From Thermoplasmata archaeon (GTDB taxonomy: Archaea > Thermoplasmatota > Thermoplasmata > Lutacidiplasmatales > UBA184), in assembly GCA_028864975.1 (NCBI GenBank), contig JAGWLG010000017.1:1624-65623 (forward strand): a stretch of 64,000 bases of DNA, read 5' to 3'. Every line of letters starts with the position of its first letter. The stretch's first letter is position 1. A program made the position numbers and the translations under genes. The notes below the pieces were generated by a model. The model had not been told where the DNA came from, searched no databases, and saw nothing but the letters and a program-made list of their open reading frames with translations. Positions 17,790-26,705 of the stretch are shown here, piece by piece.

Positions 17790-20700
17790 ATGCGGCGGTT
17801 CCTGAGCAGAGAGAAGCTCCGAGTCCCCAGCTTTGACGAATGGCGTCGGGCCACCTGCTTCCTCCTCGTCGGTATCGTGCTCTTCTCCGGCTACGGGACC
17901 TTGGCGCCTGCGGCGCTGCGCTGCCACCTGCCGGGCCGGGTCGAGTGCCCCGGAGGGGTCCTAGGTCCCGACGTGGCCGCGGCGTCTCCCGGGACCCAGT
18001 GGTTCCAGGTAATCGCGTACGACTACTCCTTCTGGATCACGAACACCCAGACCGGGGCGAACGATACCTCGACCTGGAACATGTACGAGGGATGGAAGGC
18101 CCACATCAACACGACGAGCTACCCCGCGAACCCGAACGTAGGGGGGGTCAACGAGCACGGGATCGGGATCTACTCGAACTCTCAGGGGTCGTTGCTCTCC
18201 CTGGCGGCACCGGTCGGCTCCTGGGCGAGCGGCTCGTTCACGGTACCCTCGACCGCCGAGACGGGGGACCAGATCTACTGCACGATCTACTGTGGTCCGG
18301 GGCACTCTAGCCAGTACCTGAACAACATCAATATCGAGCCCGCCCCGCCTCAACCGAGCGTCAGCAGCACGGCCACCCCGACCAGCGGGACGGCACCGCT
18401 CTCCGTGGCGTTCACGGCGACCCCGTCGGGCGGCACCTCCCCCTACACGTATGCCTGGACGTTCGGCGATGGGAACACCGCCACTTCCCAGAACCCCTCG
18501 CACACGTACAGCACTGCGGGGACCTTCACGGCCACCGTGAAGCTCACGGACAGCCAGGGGATGGTCGCCTCCTCCTCGCAATCGATCACCGTCAATCCAC
18601 CGGCAACGCTCAGCGCCACCGCCTCCGCGTCGCCCACTTCGGGGACCGCTCCGCTCTCGGTCGCGTTCACGGGGACGGCGAGCGGGGGCGCCACTCCTTA
18701 CGCGTATGCCTGGTCCTTCGGCGATGGGCTCACGGGGACTGGAGCCACGGTCGCTCACACGTACACCGGCGCTGGGAATCCTGTCGCGACGCTCACGGTC
18801 ACGGACGGGGCAGGTACCACAGCGACCTCCTCGGTCCCTATCACGGTCACCGCCGCGGTGCCGCTCTCGGTGTCGGCTTCCGCGGACAAGACCAGCGGGA
18901 ACGCGTGGCTCCACGTGAACTTTAGCGCCTCCGCCACCGGAGGGTCGGGGACCTACAGCGCGGCCTGGAACTTCGGCGACGGACAGACCGGCACGGGCAT
19001 GACCACATCTCACATCTACACCGTCGCGGGAAGCTACACTCCCCAGGTCACGGTGACCGATATTTCGGGGAAGAGCGGGACCGCGACCACCTCGACGATC
19101 GGCGTCACCGGTGGTCAGACCGCTCCCCTCAAGGTGAACGCGGTCGTCTCCCCCTTGAACGGGACGGCCCCCCTGACCGTCAATGCGAGCTCCTCCGTCT
19201 CCGGCGGTTCCGGGGGCTACGTCTACACCTGGGGCTTCGGCGACGGATCTCCCGGGTCGCACTCGCCCGCCCCTCAGCACGTCTACAACTCTTCGGGGAC
19301 GTTCCCGGTCTCCCTCTCGGTGCAGGACTCCGCGGGACACGTGGCAACGGCGTTTGCCAATGTGACGGCGACCGCGCCGCAGGGTCTCACCGCCTCGATC
19401 GTCCTCAATCGGACCGGAGGGGATCTCCCGCTCAGCGTCCAGGCCACGGCTTCCATCCCAAGTGGAGCGCCCCCCTACACGACAAGCTGGGACTTCGGCG
19501 ATGGCACCACCGGAAGCGGTACCATGGCCGACCACATCTTCACGCGAGCAGGGACCTTCACCATCACCCTCGCGGTGACCGATTCGAAAGGAGCCCACAC
19601 CTCGAGCTCGGCGTCGGTCGTGGTGAATCCTCCGCTCACCGCGAGCCTTGGCGCGAGCGTGTCGACCACCTCGTACGCGGTCAACTATACGCTCACGGTC
19701 TTGGGAGGCTCGGGGCACTACGAGCTTCCCTTCGTCTGGTCCTTCACCGACGGCACTGGGACCCAGACGAACCTCTCGGGGACTTCCGCGACCCACGTCT
19801 TCTCCGGGGCCGGGCCGGTGAGCGCGACCGTCAAGGTCGTGGACAGCCTCTCAAGGGCGATCTTGGTCAGCAACACGACGACGCTCCCGACCATCTCCTC
19901 CCCTTCGCCTACGGGGGGTTCCATCCCCGGCGCTTCGCTCGGCCAACCCTGGCAACCCGGGATCGGCGACGCGAACGCCACCGGGCTCGGTCTGTTGGGT
20001 CTCATGGCCCTAGGGACGCTCTTCCTCATCGCGACCTCACCAAAGCGCAAGGTGAAAGCCAAGGCCGGCCACTCCCAGAGCTCTTCGGCGACGGTGGGTA
20101 CGGGTCTCGTGGTCGGAGCAACGGCGGCCCCAGCAGGACCCTCCAGCGCCACCGGCCCGACACCCGCCGAGGTCGCCGAGGCGGAAGCCATCGCCGCGGC
20201 GTTCTCCCCGACGGACGAGAGCAAGGAGGCCAGGATTGCTCGTGCGAAGGCGAAAGCGATCAAGGCCAAGGCCGAGCGTGCGGCGAAGGCCGCCGCGAGT
20301 CCCACCGCGGGAGAACCCCCCTCGGGCACGTCGGGCGTTCCAGGGCCCATCGCAGTTTCTCCTGAAGTCGTGGCCGCCGAGGCCGCGGCGGCAGCCTACG
20401 CGCCCGGCGATACCAGCAAGGAGGCGAAGATCGCCCGAGCCAAGCTCGCTGCGGCGAAGGCCAGGGAGGCCCGCGCGGCCAAGTCTGCCTCCTCGAGTCC
20501 CTCTCCCGCTGCCGGAGCTTCCGGTGGTCTCCTGCCCCCACTCCCTCCGCTACCCCCACCCCCTCCCTCGCCTGTTACGTCCACGCCGAGCTGCGTGCCT
20601 CCGCCAGACGGGGGTTGGGCTCGGCCCTCACCTCCCTTTCCACCACCTCCGGCCCCTCTGCCGCCCCCACCTCCGACCTTGGGAATGGGGACCGCGAGTC

Positions 20701-20894
20701 GTGCGGGGTTTGCCTCGACGACTGGTGCCGCCCTGGGACGGAGCGGGACTTCCGCTAGCGGGGCCACATGGGCGCTTCGCGCCCCTATCGCTCGCCTGCC
20801 CCCTCCGAGCACGTGGACGAAGGGTGAGAAGCGTGAGGGGGCTCCTCCCTCCTCGGCGTCCCAGTCCGGTGCCTCCGCGACACCTCCGCCGTGA
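17790..20894 (+). CDS. Membrane-anchored surface protein. N-terminal cupredoxin-like domain, 6 PKD domains, TM, and a Lys/Ala- and Pro-rich cytoplasmic tail
   Basis: N-terminal signal/anchor CFLLVGIVLFSGYGTLAPA. The C-x3-C-G-x2-H motif 'YCTIYCGPGHSSQ' (nt 18279-18314) resembles the CuA / Cupredoxin_1 metal site. PKD consensus 'TSGTAPLSVAFTxxxSGGxxPYxYxWxFGDGxT...HTYxxAGTFTxTLTVTD' occurs five times, plus one degenerate copy. TM GLGLLGLMALGTLFLIA is followed by KRKVKAK. Confidence 0.85.
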   Translation: MRRFLSREKLRVPSFDEWRRATCFLLVGIVLFSGYGTLAPAALRCHLPGRVECPGGVLGPDVAAASPGTQWFQVIAYDYSFWITNTQTGANDTSTWNMYEGWKAHINTTSYPANPNVGGVNEHGIGIYSNSQGSLLSLAAPVGSWASGSFTVPSTAETGDQIYCTIYCGPGHSSQYLNNINIEPAPPQPSVSSTATPTSGTAPLSVAFTATPSGGTSPYTYAWTFGDGNTATSQNPSHTYSTAGTFTATVKLTDSQGMVASSSQSITVNPPATLSATASASPTSGTAPLSVAFTGTASGGATPYAYAWSFGDGLTGTGATVAHTYTGAGNPVATLTVTDGAGTTATSSVPITVTAAVPLSVSASADKTSGNAWLHVNFSASATGGSGTYSAAWNFGDGQTGTGMTTSHIYTVAGSYTPQVTVTDISGKSGTATTSTIGVTGGQTAPLKVNAVVSPLNGTAPLTVNASSSVSGGSGGYVYTWGFGDGSPGSHSPAPQHVYNSSGTFPVSLSVQDSAGHVATAFANVTATAPQGLTASIVLNRTGGDLPLSVQATASIPSGAPPYTTSWDFGDGTTGSGTMADHIFTRAGTFTITLAVTDSKGAHTSSSASVVVNPPLTASLGASVSTTSYAVNYTLTVLGGSGHYELPFVWSFTDGTGTQTNLSGTSATHVFSGAGPVSATVKVVDSLSRAILVSNTTTLPTISSPSPTGGSIPGASLGQPWQPGIGDANATGLGLLGLMALGTLFLIATSPKRKVKAKAGHSQSSSATVGTGLVVGATAAPAGPSSATGPTPAEVAEAEAIAAAFSPTDESKEARIARAKAKAIKAKAERAAKAAASPTAGEPPSGTSGVPGPIAVSPEVVAAEAAAAAYAPGDTSKEAKIARAKLAAAKAREARAAKSASSSPSPAAGASGGLLPPLPPLPPPPPSPVTSTPSCVPPPDGGWARPSPPFPPPPAPLPPPPPTLGMGTASRAGFASTTGAALGRSGTSASGATWALRAPIARLPPPSTWTKGEKREGAPPSSASQSGASATPPP
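18357..19890 (+). repeat. Six tandem PKD-domain coding units (~260-280 nt each)
   Basis: Recurring 'W(T/S/N/G/D)FGDG' cores and 'APL(S/T)V' strands in the translated frame. Confidence 0.8.
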
Positions 20895-22261
20895 TGGGAC
20901 CGATGTACGGCGGGCTCCCCTTGGCTCCAGGTGGCCTCACGCACTGTCCGCAGTGCGGGAGCGCGCTCCTTCCCGGGCGCGTCTGTCCCAGCTGCCAGGT
21001 CGCTTGGGAGCCGGTGACCCCGACCGCCCCTGCCTCCGCAGCGACACCCCCGCCACTCCAGATCTGCCCCTGGTGCGGGGGGGCTCTCCAGAACGGAGCG
21101 TGCTACCGGTGCCGGGTCGAGTGGGTCCCGAAGGGGAAAGGCGGTCCGGCACCCCCCCCGATGGCCTCCGCCGCGCCCCCGGCGGCGCAGAAGCCTCGCA
21201 CCACCCAGACCCGTTCGAAGACGATCGTGAAGAAGGCGCTGCGGTACATCCCGCCCGTCCGGCTCGTCTGGATCTTCCTCGGCATCCTGATCGCGGTCGG
21301 CGAGACCCAGTCCACCCCCGCGGGCGAGGGGGCGTGGGCCGCCGTGCTCGCGTTCGCCGTGGGACTCGACCTCGTGATCCAGTTCGGGAGGTTCGGCAAG
21401 AAGCTGCGCTTCCCCGACGCCGCCCTCGCGATCGGGATGTTCATCGTCATCCTGGTCCAACCTCGCAACGCGACCATCGGGAGCGACCCCACCGTGGACT
21501 ACGGGGTCACCCTGCTCGCGGTCACGGCTGCCACCATCGTCATCCGCCACCTCCTCCGTCAGAATGGGCGTCCGTGGTTCAACCCCACCGCGCTAGGGCT
21601 GGCCGTGGGGCTCTTCCTCTTCGGACTTCAGGTGCCCTGGGCCGTGGGAGTCTGGCCCGCCTCAGGGGCAGCGCCTCAGAAGGTCGCGGAAATCGTCCTG
21701 GTCGTGATCTTCGGAGTGGTGCTCGTCATCCGTCAGCGGAACACCTGGAGGTTCCCCGCGTTCTTCTTCGCGACCGCCATCCCGCTCCAGTTCGTCCAGA
21801 CGCTTGCCCTGCAGCAAGGGCTCGGAGCGGACCCCGGGACGACCCTGGCCACGACGATCTTCGCCCCACTGACGTTCTTCTACGGTTTTTTCATGGTCTC
21901 CGAGCCGAGGACCGCACCCTCCGCCCCGAAGCACATGTGGCGCTTCGCGATCCTCGTCGGGGCAACCTACGTCCTGCTGGGACTCCTCTTCGGCTACGGG
22001 GCGAACCACAGCACCTCGATCTACTTCTGGTCGAACCTCTCCTCCATCGACCCGTGTCTCGCGCTGTTCGCGGGGAACCTCTACGCCGTCGTGACACGGA
22101 AGGTCTGGAAGAAGCGGCCGTCGAAGGACGTGGCGCCGCGCTCCGTCGCGGCCCCCTCCCCTGAGCGGTATGGCGCGTTCACCGCTCCCATGTTCTACGG
22201 CGGGTTCGAGATCGTGGGGGCGCCGGGCCCGAACCCGCCCTCGCTCGCGGGTGCGCGCTGA
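20891..22261 (+). CDS. Double zinc-ribbon fused to an RnfD/NqrB-like (NQR2_RnfD_RnfE family) polytopic membrane domain
   Basis: N-terminus has 'CPQCGSALLPGRVCPSCQ' and 'CPWCGGALQNGACYRC'. The membrane part carries the family signature 'FFYGFFMVSEPRTAPS' (compare the RnfD/NqrB 'FFMxTDPxTsP'). The GTG/ATG start at 20891/20894 overlaps the upstream stop at 20892-20894. Confidence 0.7.
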   Translation: MMGPMYGGLPLAPGGLTHCPQCGSALLPGRVCPSCQVAWEPVTPTAPASAATPPPLQICPWCGGALQNGACYRCRVEWVPKGKGGPAPPPMASAAPPAAQKPRTTQTRSKTIVKKALRYIPPVRLVWIFLGILIAVGETQSTPAGEGAWAAVLAFAVGLDLVIQFGRFGKKLRFPDAALAIGMFIVILVQPRNATIGSDPTVDYGVTLLAVTAATIVIRHLLRQNGRPWFNPTALGLAVGLFLFGLQVPWAVGVWPASGAAPQKVAEIVLVVIFGVVLVIRQRNTWRFPAFFFATAIPLQFVQTLALQQGLGADPGTTLATTIFAPLTFFYGFFMVSEPRTAPSAPKHMWRFAILVGATYVLLGLLFGYGANHSTSIYFWSNLSSIDPCLALFAGNLYAVVTRKVWKKRPSKDVAPRSVAAPSPERYGAFTAPMFYGGFEIVGAPGPNPPSLAGAR

Positions 22262-22279
22262 TCGGGGAGGTGCTTGGCG

Positions 22280-23830
22280 ATGTCTTCTTCGGTACCGACC
22301 CGCTCGGTGTTGTTGATTGGCGGCCCTGCCTCCCTGCTCCGGTCCCGCGAGGTAGGTGACGCGCTCCGCCCATCACTTGAGAAGCTGGGCGCGCGCTCGG
22401 TCTTCATCGACCCCGCGGTCGCTTCTCGACGTGAGGGGCTGCCTTCGTTCCTCGAATCCCTCGCCACGTCCCCCGTCGTGGTCGGTGAGGTGCCGCCGGG
22501 GGGGGGCTCGGACCCGAAGCTGCTCCTGGTGCTCGGGACGGCCATGGGGGCCAACGCCCCCTCGACCCTCCTGCTAGGCCCGGGGACGGGGGCAGCGGAA
22601 CAAGGGCTCGTCAGCCTGCTCCACGCGACGGTCCTTCAGTACCGCGACACGAACGGACTCGTTCAGGGTCTCACCTACTTCCTCGACGAGGCCTGGAAGG
22701 TGACAGACGTGGGCGCACCGGCGACCGACGCCTGGAAGGACTGGCGCGGTGCGCAGGGGATGCTCGCCCGGGGTTCGTTGCAGGGTCAGGCCGGGCTGTT
22801 GGGGGAAGAGGTGACCTCCGACCAGGAACTCTTGAGGAGGTTCTCGGAGCGCAGGGAGCCTCCATTCCAAGAGACGACGTTACGAGCGCGCATCAACCTC
22901 GCCTCCTCCCTGCGTCTCCTCGGGCGCTCGTCGGAAGCCCTCCAGGCCTACGCCGAGGCCGCCCAGCAGGGCTCGCGCATGGGCGGGTCCGTCGGCGAGG
23001 AGGGTGCGGTCCGAGCGCAGGTGCTCATGTCGGAACTGCTCCTGGAGCTCTCACGTCCACGAGATGCGTTGGCGACGCTGGACCGTGCGCTCGAGGTCCT
23101 TGATAAGGACGAGGGCACGGAGCTCCGTATGTGGAAGGCCCGAGCGGTCCTGGGGCGCGGCCTTGCGCTCTCCGGGGCCGGGGACGCGAAGGGAGCCTTG
23201 TCGGTGTTCTCGAGCGTCGTGGAGCGCTTCGGGACCTCCCCTGAGGCCGAGCTGCAGGAGTACGTTGCGAAGGCCATGATCGACCGTGCGATCACCCTGA
23301 CCGACCTCTGGGAGAAAGGTGAGGCGCTCCGAGAATACGACCTGGTGGTCCAGAAGTTCGGCGACGCGGCCGACCCCGAGCTCTTCGAACAGGTCACCAA
23401 GGCACGGCTCAACCGAGGGCTGTTGCTAGGGGACCTCGGTCGTCACGGCGAGGAGATCGCCCAGTATGACGAGATCGTGGAGATCCTCGACGGCAACGAA
23501 GATGCGGCGACCCGTCCGTTGCTGGCGCGGGCCCTCCTCAACAAGGGCGTGGCGCTGGGGCAGCAACGGAAGTTCCGTGAGGAGCTCTCGGCGTACACCG
23601 AGGTGGTCCGAAGGTTCGAGGGGATCGACGAGCCCAGCCTCTCGGAGCCGCTCGCCCGCGCCCTTGTCAACGAAGGGCTCTCGCTCATGCGGCTAGGTCA
23701 GGACGAGGAAGCCGCCTTCGCCTTCGACCGAGTGGTCGAACGCTGGGGCAGTTCGACCGACCCTTCGATACGCTCGCTGGTCCAGGGAGCCCAGGAGAGC
23801 CGGTCGAGGCTGCCGGAGCCGTCTTGGTGA
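22280..23830 (+). CDS. TPR/helical-repeat protein with an N-terminal alpha/beta (Rossmann-like) domain
   Basis: ATG at 22280 is preceded by 'ggggaggtg' (SD-like) and lies 18 nt after the upstream stop. The C-terminal ~330 aa are helical repeats with recurring 'A(R/K)AL.N.G..L..LGR..EA...Y' patterns. The N-terminal ~120 aa read 'SVLLIGGPAS...KLLLVLGTAMGA'. Confidence 0.65.
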   Translation: MSSSVPTRSVLLIGGPASLLRSREVGDALRPSLEKLGARSVFIDPAVASRREGLPSFLESLATSPVVVGEVPPGGGSDPKLLLVLGTAMGANAPSTLLLGPGTGAAEQGLVSLLHATVLQYRDTNGLVQGLTYFLDEAWKVTDVGAPATDAWKDWRGAQGMLARGSLQGQAGLLGEEVTSDQELLRRFSERREPPFQETTLRARINLASSLRLLGRSSEALQAYAEAAQQGSRMGGSVGEEGAVRAQVLMSELLLELSRPRDALATLDRALEVLDKDEGTELRMWKARAVLGRGLALSGAGDAKGALSVFSSVVERFGTSPEAELQEYVAKAMIDRAITLTDLWEKGEALREYDLVVQKFGDAADPELFEQVTKARLNRGLLLGDLGRHGEEIAQYDEIVEILDGNEDAATRPLLARALLNKGVALGQQRKFREELSAYTEVVRRFEGIDEPSLSEPLARALVNEGLSLMRLGQDEEAAFAFDRVVERWGSSTDPSIRSLVQGAQESRSRLPEPSW

Positions 23831-23855
23831 GGTCACCACGGGCGGGGGGGTCTCG

Positions 23856-24428
23856 ATGGAGCAAGCAGAAGGAACGATCGCCTGGCGAGAGAACGCCCTT
23901 CGCCGCTCGCTCCGGAGAAGGACCTACCTCGCCTTCCTTGTCAGCGCAGGTCTCCTACTGACCGTGATCACGTTCGATGCTCTACCGTTCGACCTTGACC
24001 TCCCGGGGATCCCGGACGTCGAGCTCATCTTTCCGTTGTACGCGAGCCTTACCCTCGCGTGGGTGGTCGCGCTGGCCTTCCTCTACGCGACCTGGCTGCT
24101 GTACGCCAACGCGCCCGTTCGCATCGGGTTCCATCGCGAGGGCATTGTCGTGGGTTACGACCCGGACCGTCCCGCGATGGCCCTCCACCTCTTCACCCGG
24201 GCCTCCCCGCGGGAGGTCGCCTGGAAGGAGGTCCGATCGATCGTCCCCGCCGGACGATCCGGGCTCTCACGGCACGACGTCGCCCTTTGCCGCCGCGGGG
24301 CGAGACCTTGGATCCTGGCGGGCCTCTCCCATGAGCTCCGCGATGCGGTCGTTCTCGCGCACCGCGCCCACCGGGACGTCGCCCAGAACGGTTCGTGGCA
24401 AGGCTATGCTCCTCGACCCCTGAGCTGA
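23856..24428 (+). CDS. Hypothetical membrane protein (2 TM plus a cytoplasmic domain)
   Basis: Hydrophobic segments YLAFLVSAGLLLTVITF and LTLAWVVALAFLYATWLLY. No motif was recognised. Confidence 0.5.
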   Translation: MEQAEGTIAWRENALRRSLRRRTYLAFLVSAGLLLTVITFDALPFDLDLPGIPDVELIFPLYASLTLAWVVALAFLYATWLLYANAPVRIGFHREGIVVGYDPDRPAMALHLFTRASPREVAWKEVRSIVPAGRSGLSRHDVALCRRGARPWILAGLSHELRDAVVLAHRAHRDVAQNGSWQGYAPRPLS

Positions 24429-24450
24429 CCGGCATCTTTTGCGAGGGAGA

Positions 24451-25302
24451 CTAGGCTCCGCCGAACGAGACGATCGTGTCCGTCGCGATGCCGAGGATGA
24501 AGCCCAGGACGATCCCGAACCAGACCCAGGACTTGGTCGCGGGCGCCATCATCGGCCGCACCATCTCGAGGACGACGTAGATGATGGCCCCCGCCGCCAG
24601 ACCGAAGAACAGGATCGACAGGGACGACGAGTAGACCAGGCTCCCGACCACTGTTCCGAGGAACGTGGGTCCTCCCCCGACCAACCCAAGGGAGATCAGG
24701 CGCCGCGGCGAGTAGCGTTTCCCGGAGAGGAGCCCTGGCCCCAGGATCCCGAACCCCTCGGTCGCATTGTGGGAGGCGAACCCGATGACGAGGACGGTCC
24801 CCGCGGCGAGCGCCCCCCCCGCGTAGGCTGTGCCGATGGCCAGCCCCTCGGAGAAGTTGTGGAGGCCGATGCCGATGGCGATCATCGTGGAGACCGTAAG
24901 CGCATCCATGGTGAAGGGCGGCGGAGCGCGCCCTTCGACCGCGGCCTCGACCGTCTCCTCTGCCGCCTGGGACTTGGAGGCCGTGTGCTTGACGTAGATC
25001 TTCTCGAATGCGCCCAGAGAGAGGAATCCCGCGGTCCAGCCCACGAGCAGGACCACGACGTAGGCCAGGGCCAAGGACCCGTTCCCCCCGCCCTGGGCGG
25101 GGATCTGGGCCACGACCATCTCGTGCGCGTTGTTGAGGACATCGAAGAAGAGGAAGAGGAGGATCCCCGCCGCGAGGGCGCTCAGGAAGGCTCGAGCGCC
25201 CCTCGAGAGGTTCCGGCCCAAGGCCACAAGCAAGCCGAGGAAGATCGTGAATCCCGCGAAGGCCCCGAGCCCTAGGATCTGCCACTCGGTCGGCCCGGTC
25301 AT
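24451..25302 (-). CDS. ZIP-family divalent-metal transporter (ZupT-like)
   Basis: Signature 'GIGLHNFSEGLAIG' and a second 'GFASHNATEGFGI' helix, which is the duplicated HNxxEG metal-site motif of ZIP/ZupT proteins. About 8 TM segments are present. Confidence 0.85.
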   Translation of the reverse strand: MTGPTEWQILGLGAFAGFTIFLGLLVALGRNLSRGARAFLSALAAGILLFLFFDVLNNAHEMVVAQIPAQGGGNGSLALAYVVVLLVGWTAGFLSLGAFEKIYVKHTASKSQAAEETVEAAVEGRAPPPFTMDALTVSTMIAIGIGLHNFSEGLAIGTAYAGGALAAGTVLVIGFASHNATEGFGILGPGLLSGKRYSPRRLISLGLVGGGPTFLGTVVGSLVYSSSLSILFFGLAAGAIIYVVLEMVRPMMAPATKSWVWFGIVLGFILGIATDTIVSFGGA

Positions 25303-25333
25303 CGCGTTCGGAAAATAGGCACAAAAACGTGAG

Positions 25334-25340
25334 TATATAA
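25334..25340. promoter_or_regulatory. TATA box (tatataa) in the divergent intergenic region between the ZIP gene and the HTH regulator
   Basis: This is the strongest AT island in the window (gagtatataatttg). It lies about 35 nt upstream of the ZIP ATG (25302, minus strand) and about 115 nt upstream of the regulator ATG (25455). Confidence 0.5.
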
Positions 25341-25454
25341 TTTGCGCGTCCGTGAAAGTTGAGTAGGGTTGTTCACAACGTTACAGAACCGCGCGAACAC
25401 GGTGCTGCCCCCATCACGTTGTTATGTCGGCGCTCCCTTGGGAGGAGGAGCACC

Positions 25455-26267
25455 ATGCCTTCCTCCCGTGCGTCTCCCGTCACCTGGGTACGCCTGCTCC
25501 AAGCGCTCGTGGCACGGGAGCTCGTCGAGGGATTGGGGCTCCCGGCCCAGCGGGCCGCTGCCCTGCTCGGGCTCACGCCAGCGGCGGTCTCCCAGTACCT
25601 TTCGGGAAAGCGCCTGCGCTCGGAGTTCCTCTCCCACGCTACGGACGAGGGGGCGCGAGGCGTTGCACGCCGAGTGGCGAGCGAGCTCTCCGAGCGCCGT
25701 CTTGAGGGGGAGGAACGCCTCCGCGTCTTCCTCGAGGGAGCGCTCTCGCTCTCGGCCAGCTTCACGGGTGCGCGCGGACCGAAGGACCCTGCTGGGGCGG
25801 CAGCACCGGGGGTGGGCGACGCCAGGACGCGCGAGATGGCCCGGTGGCTTCGTCAGCGGGTCCGCGGCGAGCAGGCGGCCGTGACCCTGAGCATGCGGCT
25901 CGCCCAGCGAGCACGCGACGAGCTCACGAGGGCCATCCTTCGGCAGATCGCCTCCGACAGCCTCCGACACGCGGAGATCGTCGCATCGCTCGCGCCCTAC
26001 TTGGACCAAGGGGTGGTCCAGGCGCATGCCTCAGGGATCACCCGGCGGGAGGTCCAGGCGTTAATCGAGGGGGAGCGCCGGGCCGAGGCCCAGGCCGCGA
26101 CCGAGCTTACCCATCACCTTGGAGGGACGATGGCCCTCCTCCTCGCGAGCATGGAAGCGGATGAGCGCAAGCACGCCGCGCTCCTGCAAGGCCTGCTGGC
26201 GACCGGGTTCGGCGCGCCTCCCTCCGAACCGGTGAGGCGCAAGAGCCTCCCGAGACGGCACCGTTGA
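25455..26267 (+). CDS. HTH transcriptional regulator with a C-terminal all-helical (possibly ferritin-like) domain
   Basis: ATG at 25455 is preceded by 'ggaggaggag'. The HTH reads 'GLPAQRAAALLGLTPAAVSQYLSGKR'. The C-terminal helices carry 'DSLRHAEIV' and 'EADERKHAALL' (E/D-x-x-H-like pairs). The ferritin-like call is tentative. Confidence 0.6.
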   Translation: MPSSRASPVTWVRLLQALVARELVEGLGLPAQRAAALLGLTPAAVSQYLSGKRLRSEFLSHATDEGARGVARRVASELSERRLEGEERLRVFLEGALSLSASFTGARGPKDPAGAAAPGVGDARTREMARWLRQRVRGEQAAVTLSMRLAQRARDELTRAILRQIASDSLRHAEIVASLAPYLDQGVVQAHASGITRREVQALIEGERRAEAQAATELTHHLGGTMALLLASMEADERKHAALLQGLLATGFGAPPSEPVRRKSLPRRHR

Positions 26268-26315
26268 TGGAAAGGCGCCCCGGGAAGGCCCCCCCGGGAG
26301 CGAGGGACGGTCAAG

Positions 26316-26705
26316 GTGCAGGTGGTCGAGCGAGCACCTGTCCCGGCGTCGGACCACCGGGAGGACCGGATCCTCGAAGCACTCGCCGACCCCACGATGC
26401 GCGCGATCCTGCTCGCGCTCAACGAACGCGCCCAGCCGGCCCCGGTGATCGAATCGGAGCTTCGGATGCCCCACAGCTCCCTCTATCGGAAGATCCACGA
26501 GCTGAAGGCACTCGGGCTCCTCGGCGTCGAACGCGTCGAGATCACCCCCCAAGGGAAGCGGGTCGAGCTGCTGCGAGCGCTGGTATCCAAGGTAACGGTC
26601 GAGATGGATGGAGGGCGGTTGAGCGTGAGAGCGATGTTCCGTAGCCTGGCGGAGGAGCGAGCGAGGACGATGTGGAGCGCCATCCGAGAAGAGGTGCGGC
26701 GATGA
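26316..26705 (+). CDS. ArsR/SmtB-like winged-helix regulator
   Basis: 'ILEALADPTMRAILLALNE...ELRMPHSSLYRKIHELKALGLL' matches the ArsR-type HTH layout. The start codon is GTG. Confidence 0.7.
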   Translation: MQVVERAPVPASDHREDRILEALADPTMRAILLALNERAQPAPVIESELRMPHSSLYRKIHELKALGLLGVERVEITPQGKRVELLRALVSKVTVEMDGGRLSVRAMFRSLAEERARTMWSAIREEVRR

